Shown: one piece after another, positions 39,332 through 53,700 of the stretch
Layout: the number at the start of each line of letters is the position of its first letter
Numbering within the stretch: the first letter of the stretch is position 1
Assembly (NCBI GenBank): GCA_965112155.1
Contig: OZ218103.1
Length of the DNA: 64,000 bases
DNA from: Podarcis liolepis
Lineage: Eukaryota
Reading direction: 5' to 3' (one strand)
Translations under genes and position numbers: made by a program
Notes under the pieces: model-generated
What the model was told of the DNA's origin: nothing
What the model saw: only the letters and a program-made list of their open reading frames with translations
The model's database searches: none

Positions 39332-39573
39332 CAATGGTACCTCGTGTTACGTACTGTCTCCCTTACGAATGCTTCGGGTAACGCACTCTGCTAACCCGGA
39401 AATAGATGCCCCTTGTTGTGAACTTTGCCCTGGGATGTGAGCGGAAGTCACACTCCGGTGGCGCGGCAGCAGCGGGAGGCGCCATTAGCAAAAGCACGCC
39501 TCATGTTACAAGCGGTTTCTGGTTACGAATGGACCTCTGGAATGAATTAAGTTCGTAACTGGAGGTACCACTG
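39332..39573. mobile_element. Tc1/mariner Tigger-like MITE
   Basis: TA|caatggtacctc ... gaggtaccactg. Confidence 0.8.
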
Positions 39574-41033
39574 TCAGGGGAAAATAGGAGCACTGAAATG
39601 GCATGCTGGATATTCCATTTTTAGTATTAATACTTCATATCAGTAACTGATAAAGCACTGTTTATCATTCTCTGTTAATTACACTCTTGATTTTCATTTT
39701 GGTCTGGTGGTGAGAAGCAGTGATCTGTAATAACTGAACACACAGTGAACAGTAACCAGGAAGTGTGACACTGTTAACTAAGTGATGATTGCCACTGTCA
39801 TGGGATGCCTGCAATATTCAGTGAGCTCCCAGTTTCCTGTATTAAACCCAAAAAAGAAACATAGGAAGGAAGTTCAGTATAGTTTATTATCAAGTGTCAA
39901 ACCAACAACCGCAGACTGTTCATAAATTCTATTATTTGAGGAAAAGCCACCTTGGTTCTTGCATACATTCAAATAGATTTCACGTATTGCTCTGCATTGT
40001 TTGTGTAAGAACTGGTGGGAAGGTGGGGAGTAGAACAGTAGCTGAAACAGCTGTATATATTTCCTGCCTTAGAGGAGGAAGATACTTCAGTGTATTCAAC
40101 CTTTTTTAAAAAAACCTACGTGTGCTCCTTTTATGGTCAATACGAACAGGGTGCTTGGAATTTTGATTCCTGTGCACCAACAAATTCTGTCAGTGGAATT
40201 AGTGTATCTTTCTTCCTGTGTTTTGAAGCAGGGATAGGAAGACGTCTAAACTTACGGATGTAAGAATAACCCTTTTTCCTCCTAGTTTGGAAAACAAGTA
40301 TGTTACAATCTTAGGCTCAGTGGGCTATGAATATGATATAGTAGCAATGTTTATATGCTGAATTCTGAGACAAACTGTGGTTAATGCAAACAAATAGAAA
40401 TATGTTTGCCCCTTCAACTATAGATAAGACAGCTTTATAAATATAAACACATTGCGCCTCAACAGCATGTTTTAGTGACAATTAAATTTTTACTCTATGA
40501 AAATGGGCTAGGAATGTTTTGTCACAATTTTCAAAGCTACTTTTTGTAGCTTTAATGTGCAAAAGTATTACTTCTTTATGTAAAAGCTATCTCTCACAGT
40601 GCTCAGATGTTACTGTCTGAGCCTAATATGAGAGGGAGTGAGCCTCAGGTTCTTAGCACACCAGTAGCCAGACTTTCCAGCTCATTTTCCTTGTACAAAA
40701 AGTCATGTTTGACCCATACAAATACTGCGTTCATCAGTTCCCAAGATCTTGTGGCACCTATCCCCCTTGATGTAGACAGAACATGTAAATAAAAGCAACA
40801 TCCTACTACAGTGTCAGACATTTTTCTTCATTCCCAGATAAGAAACTATAGTAGGGGTACCCAAGGGTGAGATGTACTCCCTCTCATACCAGATTCAGAA
40901 AGGAACATCTGAATGAGCTGTGGTTTGTGGAATTAAAAGGGGACTGTTTTCTGCTAGCAGTTTGAAAATCGAAGTGGAAGGATAAACAGAATTGTGAACA
41001 TAATGGCCATAGCTACAGTAAAATCACAGTATA

Positions 41034-41199
41034 CCGTATTTTTCCATGTATAAGACTAGGCTTTTTTTTTTAAAAAAAGTCAAAAATTAGGGGGAGTCTT
41101 ATACACGGATAGTGCCAAGGGTGGACTGGTGATTGGTTGTTGCTGCAAAAATAGGGGGCTTCTTATATATGGGGGCGTCTTATAGATGGAAAAATATGG
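41034..41199. mobile_element. Tc1/mariner (Tc2-like) MITE
   Basis: TA|ccgtatttttccatgtataagac ... gtcttatagatggaaaaatatgg|TA. Confidence 0.75.
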
Positions 41200-41310
41200 T
41201 AGCTTCTATTTATATTCTGTTGGTATAATTCTATTTACTGGAAGGTGTGGGGCAATATACTTTGCCCTCAAACTGCCCTCTTCTCACATTATGTAATGCT
41301 TCTTATCTAG

Positions 41311-41400
41311 GATTTACCTGATACAATTCATATTGGAGGGAGGATCTCACCGAAGACAGTATGGGATTATATTGGCAAACTGAAATCATCTGTGTCAAAG
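41311..41400 (+). CDS. DIDO1: DIDO1 exon, SPOC domain
   Basis: DLPDTIHIGGRISPKTVWDYIGKLKSSVSK; 90 nt, phase 0-0. Confidence 0.96.
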
Positions 41401-42084
41401 GTACTTTTTAAAAACCCTGTTTGGTAATGGTGAAAGAATTGAACTTTATTTGAAATAATAATTGTGGATGGGATCCAGTGAACTATATAACTAAGTTATT
41501 CTACCTAAGGGAGGAGGACACTGCTGGCTTGAATTTATGGTACAGCAGCAACTCTTAATGTTTTTCACACGTCTCTTTTGAAATGTGAAGGAGACTTCTT
41601 TTTTAAACATGGCATACAGGCCTATTCATCAAAATAAAAAGATAAAATTGGTCCTACCCATACCCACCTGCACCCCAGCAGCAGTTTGGATTCTTGTCAG
41701 TAATTTGCACCTGAAATTCTTTAAGATAAGCAAAATACAAGAATGGCTTTTCCTGCTGGCTGTTACTTCCCTTCCACATACTCTCACCACTTCTTCCCTG
41801 CCCCAACCGGTTCTGTGTTAGTAACATTTCAATTTCCAGCACAGCATAAATTATCACTGACTTCCTATGAGCCATCAGAGTCAGTATCCTTACTAGATCT
41901 AACCCTAAAAGTGTTTTAATAAAAAAAATTCAGCAACCTTAAATAATGTAGAGTAAAATTATATTGATAATTTTACATAATCTTTGCTTATTTGATGGCA
42001 GTGAAATAAGGCATTTTTTAAAGCTGCACCATCTTTTGGATCACCAATATAACTCCATATTTACTGCTGCAGACCCTGTAATGA

Positions 42085-42410
42085 GTGTCTGAGGCCCTTC
42101 TTCAGGTGCTCCTCCAAGAGAGGTCCAGTTAAGTGGCCACACAAGAGTGGGCCCTTTCTGCAGTGGCTCCCTGGTTTGTGGAATGCTATCCCCAGCAAGG
42201 CTAACCTGGTGCCTTCATTACATATCTTTAAGTGCCAGGCAAAAACATTCCTCTTTTCCCAGGCCTTTGGCTAATTATACAATTTATGGCTTTTAAAACT
42301 GTATGTGGGAGGGGGGTGTTATTGCTTCCGTTTGTTATTATGGTATGTATTTTTGTAAACTACCTTGTGATCCTTAGATGAAGAACGGTATAGAAATTGA
42401 ATAAGAATAA
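42085..42410 (+). mobile_element. L2 LINE 3' fragment
   Basis: ggccctttctgcagtggctccc...tggaatgct...gtaaactaccttgtgatcc...ggtatagaaat...aataa. Confidence 0.6.
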
Positions 42411-42514
42411 TTCTGAATTACTTCAAAAGTGAAGTGCATTGATGCCATGTTGCCCTCACTTGCTATTTATTTAGCAATAGGTTGGTGTTTTTCCTTTATA
42501 TTTTTGTATTATAG

Positions 42515-42710
42515 GAACTATGTTTGATCCGCTTCCATCCTGCGACAGAAGAAGAGGTGCCTTCCTACATTTCTCTGTACTCCTATTTTAGCAGTCGTGG
42601 CCGATTTGGTGTTGTTGCTAATAACAACAGACATGTCAAGGACCTCTATTTGATTCCTCTCAGTGCAAAGGATCCTATTCCATCCAAACTTTTACCCTTT
42701 GAGGGACCAG
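42515..42710 (+). CDS. DIDO1: DIDO1 exon, SPOC domain
   Basis: ELCLIRFHPATEEEVPSYISLYSYFSSRGRFGVVANNNRHVKDLYLIPL...LPFEGP; G|gtaagc donor. Confidence 0.97.
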
Positions 42711-45700
42711 GTAAGCAATGAATTGTAGGAAACCCAAATACTTCTGCCCTTCTATGTTACAACTATAAATACCATACCAGACATCATTCATAACACACAC
42801 TTCAGCTGGATAAATGTAGAAAGGAAAAGTACCATATACCGGTCGATTGCAGTATGTCCCTGGTTGATCGCGGGATCATGGCCCCCCCCCCCCAAAGCTC
42901 AACAACTTTGATGCTTTCCCAACTAAAGCTCAGCAACTCTGGTCAATCCAATGGGTAGCTCACTGCCATTTTTTAATAGATCGCAGCCTATTGGAAGTTG
43001 GACGTGCCTGCTATATACAAATCATAGTTTGGGAAATTGGGGGACATAACTACAAGAACTTTGATCTTTTAAAAAGGCACAGGGAGGTTAGTTAAGTTGG
43101 TACGCAACATGACATGCTCCAAATGAGCAGAAGTGGTCAGCATCTTTGAACAGAAGCAAACACAGAAAGCCCACGGAACATCACTGACGTTGAAAGGTAA
43201 GATGGTCATTTGCAGACTATATTATAGGTGTGCTTGAACTCCTACAATCAAAAGCTCACAAGATCTCAAGATTTCAGCACTGAGTTCGCCCAGTGGTGTG
43301 AGGAATGTCCCAAGGAACTCAAGCTTTCATAGCTGAAAGAGACACACACATAAATAAGCTGTAGTTACACACTAGTCCATCTGCTGTCTTGACACTGATA
43401 GATTCATTGCCCCAGGGAAGAGAACCACAGTCTCTGTCTTATTTCTAGAGGGAATGCTGTTTTTCTATCTAAAACAGATTTTAATCAAACAGATACTGCA
43501 TACTAATTAGTCAGAACTGATTAGAAATAAGGTATGGTTTATTTCAATAGTATATTCCTGAGCTTCTGCACTCTTAAGAGGTCACCCTGCTATTTATGTA
43601 TGTTGTCCTTCTGAATAAATAACCACACAATACTGCACATATGCTTGTAAGGAAATTCTCTTCGGCTCCAGGATAAATCACAAGAAATTTCCATTTTGAC
43701 TGGAAGAAAAGACTTTCATCCAGTTTCTTTAGTTTGTGGCAAACAAACTGGGTAGAGGAGAGAAAATTGAGGTTTTCTCCTTTTAGTATCTAAAGTAGTA
43801 TTTCTTGTAACTTTGAATCTTGAACTTCAGCCCCTTTCCATTTGTGTATATTGCTGAGGATTCTCTGGAAAAGTCTATGGCACATACTCATTTTACAGGC
43901 CTGTTAGGCATAGCTGTCAGCCTGTTGGAACTGAGATTACAACTTAGAAGTTGTAACAAATCTGACACTTCCCCACAACTGGGCATTTCATGGTTTGGTT
44001 ATGGCAAACTAACTTCCTTGAAACCGTACCAGTCATTTAAGGAACTCCGCATAAGCTTTTGATAAACCCAAGCATCCCTAGAGCACCGTCTGAAAACCAT
44101 ACTAACATAGGGCACACTCTAAAATCCTATAAACAAAGAACCTTATTTCAAACCACTTGAATCTGAAAAAAGAACCACAATTTCAAAATATGGACTGCCT
44201 GAACCAATTTTTTCAGATTCCACGTTGCTCTTGATTCTGAAGGCCTAGTTAAATGTTCAGGGGAAGAGAAGTCTTCTAATAGGGTTGTGACAACTCAGAA
44301 AGCATGTGAAATTTGTTTGAAAGCACCCCCATCATAATCCTCCTTGATGACAGCATGCACATACTTCTACCAGCAGGTTTTTTAAAAAAAATAATAATAG
44401 AGGACACAGTCCAAATCATAATTTCCTGTGTGTTTTTTGAGGTGAGTCATATACATGAAACCTATTAGAACCTTTTCGGATAAGTTGTCTCAGTTCTCAG
44501 TATACGCGGACATGTACGGGGAGAGGTATAAAATCTGCTATCCATATATTTTAATGAAATTTACTGCTCTTATTACATGATCTTAATAAAATGTATTTTG
44601 TGCAAAGTGGTCATTGTCTCTTTCAATTCAGATGTTTTAGTGGCTGTAACCATGTATTGGACTCGGTCTAGTTAGTAGAATAAGTCTTATTTTATACTGA
44701 CACCTGCTAGGCATGTTATTCACACACATAGTTGAGACATATATTCTGTATCACAGGATCAATTCTGGGTTTCAGACTGTTGCTTTACCAGGCTGGGACA
44801 AAATATTTTAACAAAACAAATATCCTAAAGTATTTCGGTATTAGTTGGTATCAGTTATTCAGTAGCGCTTGCTCTGATATGTTTGAGATAGAGACTAGAA
44901 TATGCTTGACAGTATAATCCTCTACATATCTACTTAGAAGTTAATCCTCTTCAATTTCATAGGATTTACCTAGGACTAAGTTTGGTTTACAGAGGTTCTA
45001 GGTGAAATGGTTGTGACATACCTAGTGGTGATCATAAATAGTTGAGCTGGAGTACATCATGTGAATTCCTCTTCTGTGCCTGGACCATTAGATGACTGTG
45101 CTGCATGGCAGACTTCTGTTCTACAAGAAGTCACTTCAGCTGAAGTCACAACCAAGAAAGAAAAAGAAAACATAATTTGTACTGGAACTGAAACATGTTA
45201 ATGTCACTAAACTTTAGGAGTTAAAAGTTGTAATTAGTTAAATCATTCTGTGTTTGGTGAAATAAGCTTCATTGCTACCTGCTTTTTCTTCTCAATTAGT
45301 AATGGGGAATGGAAATATGGGAAATGGATCAGAATGGCTGTCCCAGCCCCCACTCCCCGCAAGGAAATCTGCAGTGATATTGTTCCAACCTACATGAATT
45401 ATCACAGCTCCTCCATCATCAGTCCCATGTGTGTGATTCACATACCTGACACTGCAAAGCAGTAGAATATCCAAGAAGCACTTGGTCTCTTATCTGACTG
45501 TTTCTTTTCCTACACTGACTAATGCAGGGCAGGGGAGGTGGGATAACCTAGGTGGATCCTTCAAGAATATGGCCCCATGCAATTGCCACAATTGCAACAA
45601 GCATGCCTTCTTGGAATCAGGTTCTATTCACTAAAAACCTTTTCAGCACTTGCAGACATTTATGCTGAAACTTGATGAAGATTTTCTATTTTGTTCCACA

Positions 45701-46465
45701 GACCATTTTGACTTACATATTTTCAAACACTGCCAGTGTCTCTTTCCCCCCAAGGAAGTTAGCATGTTCTCAAATCTACAAATGAAATCAATGAGTGGTG
45801 GAATCGGGAGTGGATATCTGCAGAACTCATCTCCATACACTATTGAAGCTTGGTGTTTCTTTCAGCAAAAGCTTAATATTTTAGTCAATAGGTATTCCCT
45901 AGCCCAAAGCTAGAAGAATATTAAAAGAAGAATATTGAGTATCTTGGTAATTGGAAGGAAGATCTTCGCAGTGAAAAAGCACCACTTGTACCTTTGATGC
46001 ATTATTTATAATACAGTACTATGTGCAGTCCGGATCATCAACATGAGACTCTCAGGTGCACATGTGCCTACAAGAGCCTTTCCTGCTTCTCGAATTAAGA
46101 CTTGAAGAAAGCATTCAATTCTAGTCAACAAAATAGGGTCCTGTGCATGTTTGGCTGTTCATTCCCTCTCTCTCTCGTGTGTGTATTCCCCACAACTTTT
46201 CCAATATGCACATTGCTCACTGGTCCAAAATGATTGGTGACTCCAAAGAGAAGCAATATTTACAGGGCACCACACCCTTCCCACAGCCTTTTTTTTTTTT
46301 TTTTACTGAAATTCATTTTCTGCTTTACTCAAAAGCAACCATAATAATCATACTGCTTACTAGATAGCCGGCGCTTGTTGGTCAGGCTGAGCACAACTAA
46401 CAATGAGGGATTGTGTAAACCAGTCTTAGTACTGCTGCCAATTCCAGTTATGGATAAGGGACATT

Positions 46466-46691
46466 AGGGTGGATGCTCGAGTTGTGAACGTGATTCGTGC
46501 GGGAGGCACATTCGCAACCTGCAGCGCGGGTCACGATTCAGCACTTCTGCACATGCGCAAAGTGCGATTTAGTGCTTCACATGCACAAGCACCGAAACCC
46601 GGAAGTAACCCGTTCTGGTACTTCTCGGTTCGGCGCGGTGCGCAACCTGAAAACACACAGCCTGAAGCGTCTATAACCCAAGGTATGACTG
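46466..46691. mobile_element. Tigger-like MITE, left end damaged
   Basis: CpG-rich internal sequence related to 12498-12707; right end aaggtatgactg|TA. Confidence 0.6.
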
Positions 46692-47172
46692 TATTGAGGT
46701 TCAGGTAAAGAAGGCTGTAAAAAAGATCACTGAAGTAGCCCTACAGCTGCTTAATGAGCAGCACTGGTTTGCACCTACAGTGGTGACAAATCTGTTATGA
46801 AAACTTACTTTATAAAAATTATTGGTTTTCTGTCAAGAAATAAGCATTCAGGGCTTTTTAAAAGTTTATGGGAGTGATGACATGAATGTCTTAATTTCTT
46901 AGAAACAGTAAGCCTCCATATACTTACCTGAATTCATAATACGGGCAGCAGCAACTAGACAGGAATTGATAAGTTTCCCTTAGGGGTCATATTTTTAATA
47001 TAGTTTACATTCTTTCCTCTGATTCATATTCAGATCAAACTAGGAATATAGTTTACAGTAAAAAATACTAGTGGGTTTTTTTTAAGGACTAGCTTTTTTA
47101 AAAAATAATATTTTTAACCTTCATCCAGAAACAAATGTTGGGACACACTTTCATTTTTTTAACTAGGCTCTT

Positions 47173-47400
47173 ATAAGAACCTAAGATGAACCTGCTGAAT
47201 CAGGCCATTGGCCCATCTAGACCAGCATCATGTTCTCAATGGGGCCGACCAAATGCCTGTGGGATGCCTGCAAATTAGACCATGAGCACAACAGGACTGT
47301 GCCCACCTTGGATCCCCAGGAACTGGTATTTAGAGCCATAATGCCTCTGACTGGAGGTTGAATAGAGCCACTGAGGCATGTAGCAGCCATTGATAAACTT
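47173..47400 (-). mobile_element. Old CR1-like LINE 3' fragment
   Basis: ataagaacctaaga...ctgctgaatcaggcc...gcccatctagaccagcatc. Confidence 0.55.
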
Positions 47401-49754
47401 TAATAAATAAATAGGCTTACATGGTTGCTCATTATGCCTCCACAAAGAGTATAGTCTCTTTGTCACATTATCCCCAATAGTCATTGCTTGTAACCTGGCT
47501 TGCTTCATGTTTCCATTATCCACAGAGGCTAAACAGCCACACAGAAGCTGCTTTCTTAAGTAGTGGTTTTAAATTTTATAGGGATTGTATTTATAAGCTG
47601 GTTTATAAAACATTTCTGCCCACCCTTTCTAAATTAACTAGGTTAGTTACTTATAACCAGTTATTTAATACTTCTTAGCTGTGCACAAGAGATTGTAGTT
47701 AACTAATGCAAAATCATTTTTATTTCCATGTAACTTCTCACCTACATCCCCATTGGTTTTAAAACTGGGTTGGCCACCTTGAGGGCAATATAAGTATATA
47801 TAGTTTGAACCCAGTAAGCCTAGCTCAACACTACACAACACTTTTGAATGCCAGCATTACAGTAGAACTGCTCAGAGTGTCAAAAAAGTGATGGAAGGAG
47901 AAAACACAGCTTGACAGAAGTGTAGATGGATTGTTCTGAGAACACCAAAGTTTATGTGGAGTACCACAGATCTTTGTAAGATTAATAGGCAAAAGCTGAT
48001 CAAATTGTCCATGAAAGATTAGGCACAATTCTCTGCATGGTCACTCAGAAGTGTGCCCAGTGAGTTCAATGGGAATTACTTCCAGGTAATGGTGTAAAGG
48101 ACTGGAAGATAAATTAATCAGAACAGTTAAAGGGATGCAATTGACAGCTTCCTTTGGAATTACAAACTAATTTTTTTAAAGGTCAGAATAAACATTTTTC
48201 ACAACCATGTTTTTTTTTAATGTGGAGTTATTAGTAATGATCATTCTACATTTATTCTTTGCTGCTCTAAAACATTTTGTCTTCTAAAAGTACTTTACTA
48301 TTTCATGCAATACATTCGTTAAGTCATTGGTTTTTATCCTTATTCAGCAGACTTTCTGAACACATGCTACGTTTTAAACAGCCAAACAATTTATACTTTT
48401 CAACTGAAATGCCAACTTCCTTCATTTTAAGAGAAACAAAGTGAAGTTTTTTTCCTATTAAATATATTTAGGGCAACTTAAGTTAATAAACATGATCAGT
48501 GTTAAGATCAAAATCTTAAAAAGTAATAGTAATGGAAATGATTAGTACTTCAGCTTTACTTAAAGATCACACACAAAAGAGAATTGAACACAACCAACTA
48601 AAAAGAGAAAATTAAAATAATGTATTGATTGTCAAAATGTAGAGTAGTAGCCACTCCAGTAATTATTACTTTAGTGATTGAGGCACCTGATGGGCTAAAT
48701 TACTGGGATTGCTAGATGAAAGTATTGGATATAATGCAGAGCTAAGGTATAAAAAGACTACAAATTTGGAAATAATGCATCAGTTGAATATTGTACTTGC
48801 CCTTATCTTCCTCCAAATGATAATACATTTAATGCAAATTGGAAATAAAATTATTCTCAGAAGATGAGATCCTTCATCCTCATTACTTAGCACTCTTCTA
48901 ATAAATTGAAATGGACTACTTAATATTTGATCTGTTTTACTGTAACCTATTAGGGTGTGAGCTATCATGACATTTAACTATTCTTAAGACTATATTATTC
49001 ATATACTCTTAACTATATTCCTGAACGTTTGCACAGGTGGGCAGAATGGACAGGAAAATTGGAGTTGAGGAAAGAAAAAGCAATGCATTATCAGACTCAT
49101 CTACATGACTGTCCAGTTCTTAGGGCTGGAAACTCTGTTGTATGTATAGTAATGTAAAACTTAAGCACAACCTTATGAAACAGAACAACAGTGGTTTCCA
49201 GGGGCTTTATTGTTACTTGTTTTCCATATATAATAGTATGAATGGTAAAAGCCTAGGTGTGTGTATATTCTATTTGTTGACCTAGTGATACTAACCTTGT
49301 AAGATTAAATCGCTATTGAAACATTTAACTAAACTGGAAATTGCTGGATCTCTCTCTCAGCAGTCTATTCCATAATTACCTCTGTTCCATTTCTCCTTTG
49401 AGTAATTCTATATCTCCCCCAGTCATTATGCAGTGCTTTGTTAACCATCAATATGACTTGCTGAAAGTAGGACTGGCAAAACTGGTGGTAGTGGTGGTGG
49501 TAATGAAACAACAACACCCTACTCATTTGGCTGTTGATTTGTTAATTATTTGGAAATCATAAAAATGCATAGTTTTCTATTACCCTCTGATAATTTATAT
49601 AGTTACTTGTGGAATCCTAAATTTGAGGATTCCACAAGTAACTAATAATAATAAGAGCCACTCTTTATTAAGGATCTAATCAGTCTCTGAAAGGTTAATT
49701 GGTTAAAAAATACAGCAGCCAAATTACTGGGATTCCATTTAGAACTCATCATAC

Positions 49755-50160
49755 CCTAATTCAGGGTCTCATGCTAGTGTTTAAAGCCCTAAACTACGTC
49801 CCAGTGTCTAAAACACCTTATTTCCTACAGATCCTCTTGGGTGTTAAGATCAGCAGAGAGGGCCCTCTTGGTAGTTATGCCACCCTGGGTGGTGATGGCC
49901 TGGGAGAGGGCACTATGCGGCAGCTGCTAAGTTATATAATTCCTTCTCCACAGAGATGCATTCAGCACCTTTTAAAAATGCAGTTTCTGGTGCATGATGA
50001 AGACACACCTCTTTACCCTGGCCTTTGACACCTGAGATACATATTTTTGGTTCCCACCCTATTATTTTGATTGCATTTGTTTTAAATTGATATTAATATT
50101 GTGCATTACATTGCTGTAACCTGGCATGTGACCTTGTGGGATGGATGATAAATTAATAAT
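49755..50160 (+). mobile_element. Degenerate L2 LINE 3' fragment
   Basis: gtgtttaaagccctaaac... is the reverse complement of L2 sequence at ~7570; ends in a gtaac...ttgtgggatggatgataaattaataat tail. Confidence 0.5.
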
Positions 50161-50792
50161 GCTCACCTGGGAGTAAGTACCATTGGACTTAATGGGACTT
50201 GGTTGTGGGTAGGCATAGGACTGTACTGCAAGGGTTGTGCTTTGTAGATAAGTGACATGCTCCATGGAGGAACATCATAGGCATCATGTACATAGGCAGA
50301 GAAGTTCAACTGGCTACCTCCTTGCTGTCCTTTGGACAGCAGGTGAAGTCATTCTTATTCTAACAGGCTTTTTGGTACTGACTGTTTTTAAGGAAAGGGC
50401 TGGTGCCATGAATTAAATAGTTTCCCCCTCCCCTAAGTTTTTAGCTGTTTCTTTTTTATCTGTAAGCAGCCTTGAGTATCTGTCTGGGGTAAAGTTAGGA
50501 TGATGATAACAACAACATCATCATCAAGTGACAATTATCCGTTTTACTACATAAAAGCATATATTGGTTTCTCAGTAATATTGAGAAGAAAATACAGTTT
50601 TTGACTTAGTTATAGTCTGATAGTTACTTTAATGTGCTGTTTTCCACTAATTATTATTACATTCATTAAGTAGAGTATGCATAGTGTTCTGTAACATTTT
50701 TCACATTGTTTGTTACAAATCTTAGCAATGACTGATTTCAAGCTTAATTTTTTTTAAAAAAATCTTACATGAAATCTTGTTTTGTCTTACAG

Positions 50793-53700
50793 GTCTTGAA
50801 TCAGCACGTCCAAACTTAATTCTTGGATTAGTAATTTGTCAGAAAACTAAGCGACCTGCAGCTGTACTGGAAACTGAAAAGATGGAAGAAAAGAAAAGCA
50901 GGATTCAGTTGCAGGAAGAAACTGAAGTATCTGCATACCCTAAAGGCAATATGGCTTCTCAGCAAGAGAAAAAACCTTCAAAATTCTCTCTCTATACTGG
51001 AGAAACAACTGTCAGTACAACACCACCTGGATCTCCTCCACCTCCACCCCCAGAGCCAACTTCTGTGTTAAAAATATTGTCATCAATTAAATCTGGAAGC
51101 TCAGCCACTGTTGCACAATCAAGTGCTTCTGTGTTGGGAATTAACACAGCTACTGCATCTTCTACTGCTTCCTCATCTTCAAAATCAGCCACACCACTTG
51201 ATCACATCCTGCAAACTCTTTTCGGGAAAAAGAAATCTTTTGATCCTGTTTCCAAGGATTCTGAAGGTGCTCAGACTGAAATGCAAACTGTTGGTGAGGA
51301 AGGATTACCAGCAGCTCCCATACTTGATCCCATTGTGCAGCAATTTGGACAAATGTCGAAAGACAAAGCTATAGAAGAGGAGGAAGATGACAGGCCTTAT
51401 GATCCTGAGGAAGAGTATGCTCCACAGAAAGCTTTTGAAATGCAAAGTTCTGAAAGTGGTCTTGAAAAAAGATGTGAAACTTCAGAGCAAGAAGATGAAG
51501 CCTATGATCCAGAAGATGAAACTATCTTAGAAGAGGCAAAGGTTACTGTTGATGATTTGCCTAATAAAATGTTTTCGGAATCTAAAAGCCACTCCTTGAC
51601 AGCATCATCTTCATTTGTGCCCGATGTATCTGCTCCACCATCTTTGGTAGAGCAACAGAAAATGTTAGAAGAATTAAACAAACAAATAGAAGAACAGAAA
51701 AGACAGCTGGAAGAACAAGAAGAAGCCCTCAGGCAACAACGAGCAGCTGTTGGTGTATCAATGGCTCATTTTTCAGTTTCTGATGCTTTGATGTCACCAC
51801 CTCCAAAATCATCTCTAGCAAAAAATGAGCTATTCCAACATGAAAAACAAACTACTGAAAAATCTGAATTGCCTACATCCACAAGTCAAACTCAATTGTT
51901 AAATCAGGGAAGTGATCCTAGACAAAGTAGAGATCCCAGACAAGCTAGAAGGATTCTAACAGAGTGTAATGAAAGTGCTGACTCTAATGTAAAGCAGCAT
52001 GTTATAGAATCGCCTACAGTACAAATTCCTCCACCCAGCTATGCAGGTCCATTGCAAACTGCACTTGACAAAGCAGATAAAACACTGATTTCTGCCCCTC
52101 ATCCTAGTCATAAAGATACATGGGTTACTAGTGAAAAAGCTTCTGTTGTGTCTGAACAAGATGTGCCCACTATCATCCCTGAAAATGCCCCACAGGTTCA
52201 CCAGGAAACTGTAAATAAACCAGCTTCTATTGAAACATCTACAACTGCACCTGTTCGTAAAGTACTGCTACCCACCCCTGTCAATCCATGTTTCCTCCCT
52301 ACTTTCTCTTCACCTAACAGTGTTCAGTCTATAGCTTGGTCAAATGAATCTCAAGAGAAAAATGTTCCAGGGGTAGCAAGGGATTCTTTCCCAAGCCCAG
52401 TGTTCCCATCTCAGGAGAAAGCTCCTGGTCATTTTGAAACAGAAAGAGGTCCATCACATTATGAAGACCAAAGAAATCCACAGCCTTGCCACTTTTATGA
52501 ACAAATGGAGTCACCCACAATTAAAAATGATGAAGAAAGAGGTGGGCCCCCATTTTCTTCTCTTGGACACAAAAGCGGTCCTCCATTAATGAGTGGTGCT
52601 CCAGATTTCCATGGACAGAGGGGTCTACCACAACAGTTTACTGAAGGGCATAATCCTCTACCAAATAATGATGGACAAAGAGGGCCTCCACCCAACAGGT
52701 TTGGAGCCCCAAGAGCACCTATCCCTTCCTTATTTTCTGCACAACATGGACCACCACCACCACATTTTGGTGATAATAGGGGCCCTTCACAATCATTTCC
52801 TGATGGGCCAAGAGAAATTGCACCTTCTCAATTTGAAGAACATAGGGAACCTCACATGGAACACAGGGATTCCCAATATGCAGATCCCCAATATCATGAG
52901 ATGAGTGGTGGTCCTGGACAATTTGAAGGACCTGAGCCTCCGCAGTTTATGGGAAATAGAGGACCTTCACCCTTTCCTTACGGGAACCCAAGAAGGCCTC
53001 CACCAAATCAATTTAAAGGTCAAAGAGGAGGCCCTTCACCTCAGTTTGGAGGGCCAAGAGGTCCATCACCTAACCATTTTGGTGGTTCAAGAGGTCCTCC
53101 TCCAAATCAATTTGAAGGACAAAGAGGACCTGCTCCAAGTCACATGCCAGGACCAAGAGGACTTCTACCACCACCGTTTGAAGAACGGAGAGGGAGCCCA
53201 CCACCCAGGTTTCCAAATCAGAGAGGTCCAGCACCACATCAGTTTGGAGGACCAAGGAAACCTGCACCTGGTCTATTTCCAGAAAAAAATGAACCTCCCC
53301 CAAATAGACATAACTTTCCAGGACAATCTCAGCAAGGTATGAAGCCAAGCCCCAGACCACTCTTGGATCTTCCAAGTCATCCACCTCAGCACAGGAAAGA
53401 GATGTGGGATGAAACTGGACCACCTGCCTCTCATCCTAATACTTCAGGGCAGGGTTCTGAGACAGAAGCACAGTGGTCAGCATCTGATTTTCGAGATGGC
53501 CGAAGTAATGACTATAGAGCTCAGACTTTTGAAGGGAGACAAAGAGAGAGATTTGAGGGAGGTAATAAGGAAAAAATACTAGAGCAGTCTGATCAGTCAG
53601 ATAATCGATCAAATAGAGTAACGGATGATAGACGACGAGATCGTGACCACAACTGGGCTTGGGAAAGGGACCGTGGCAGAAACTGGAATAGGGGGAGAGA

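Noticed and set aside
46920-46930. ATACTTACCTG matching the U1 snRNA 5' end
   Set aside because: Similarity stops after 11 nt; it is simply a reverse-complement splice-donor motif
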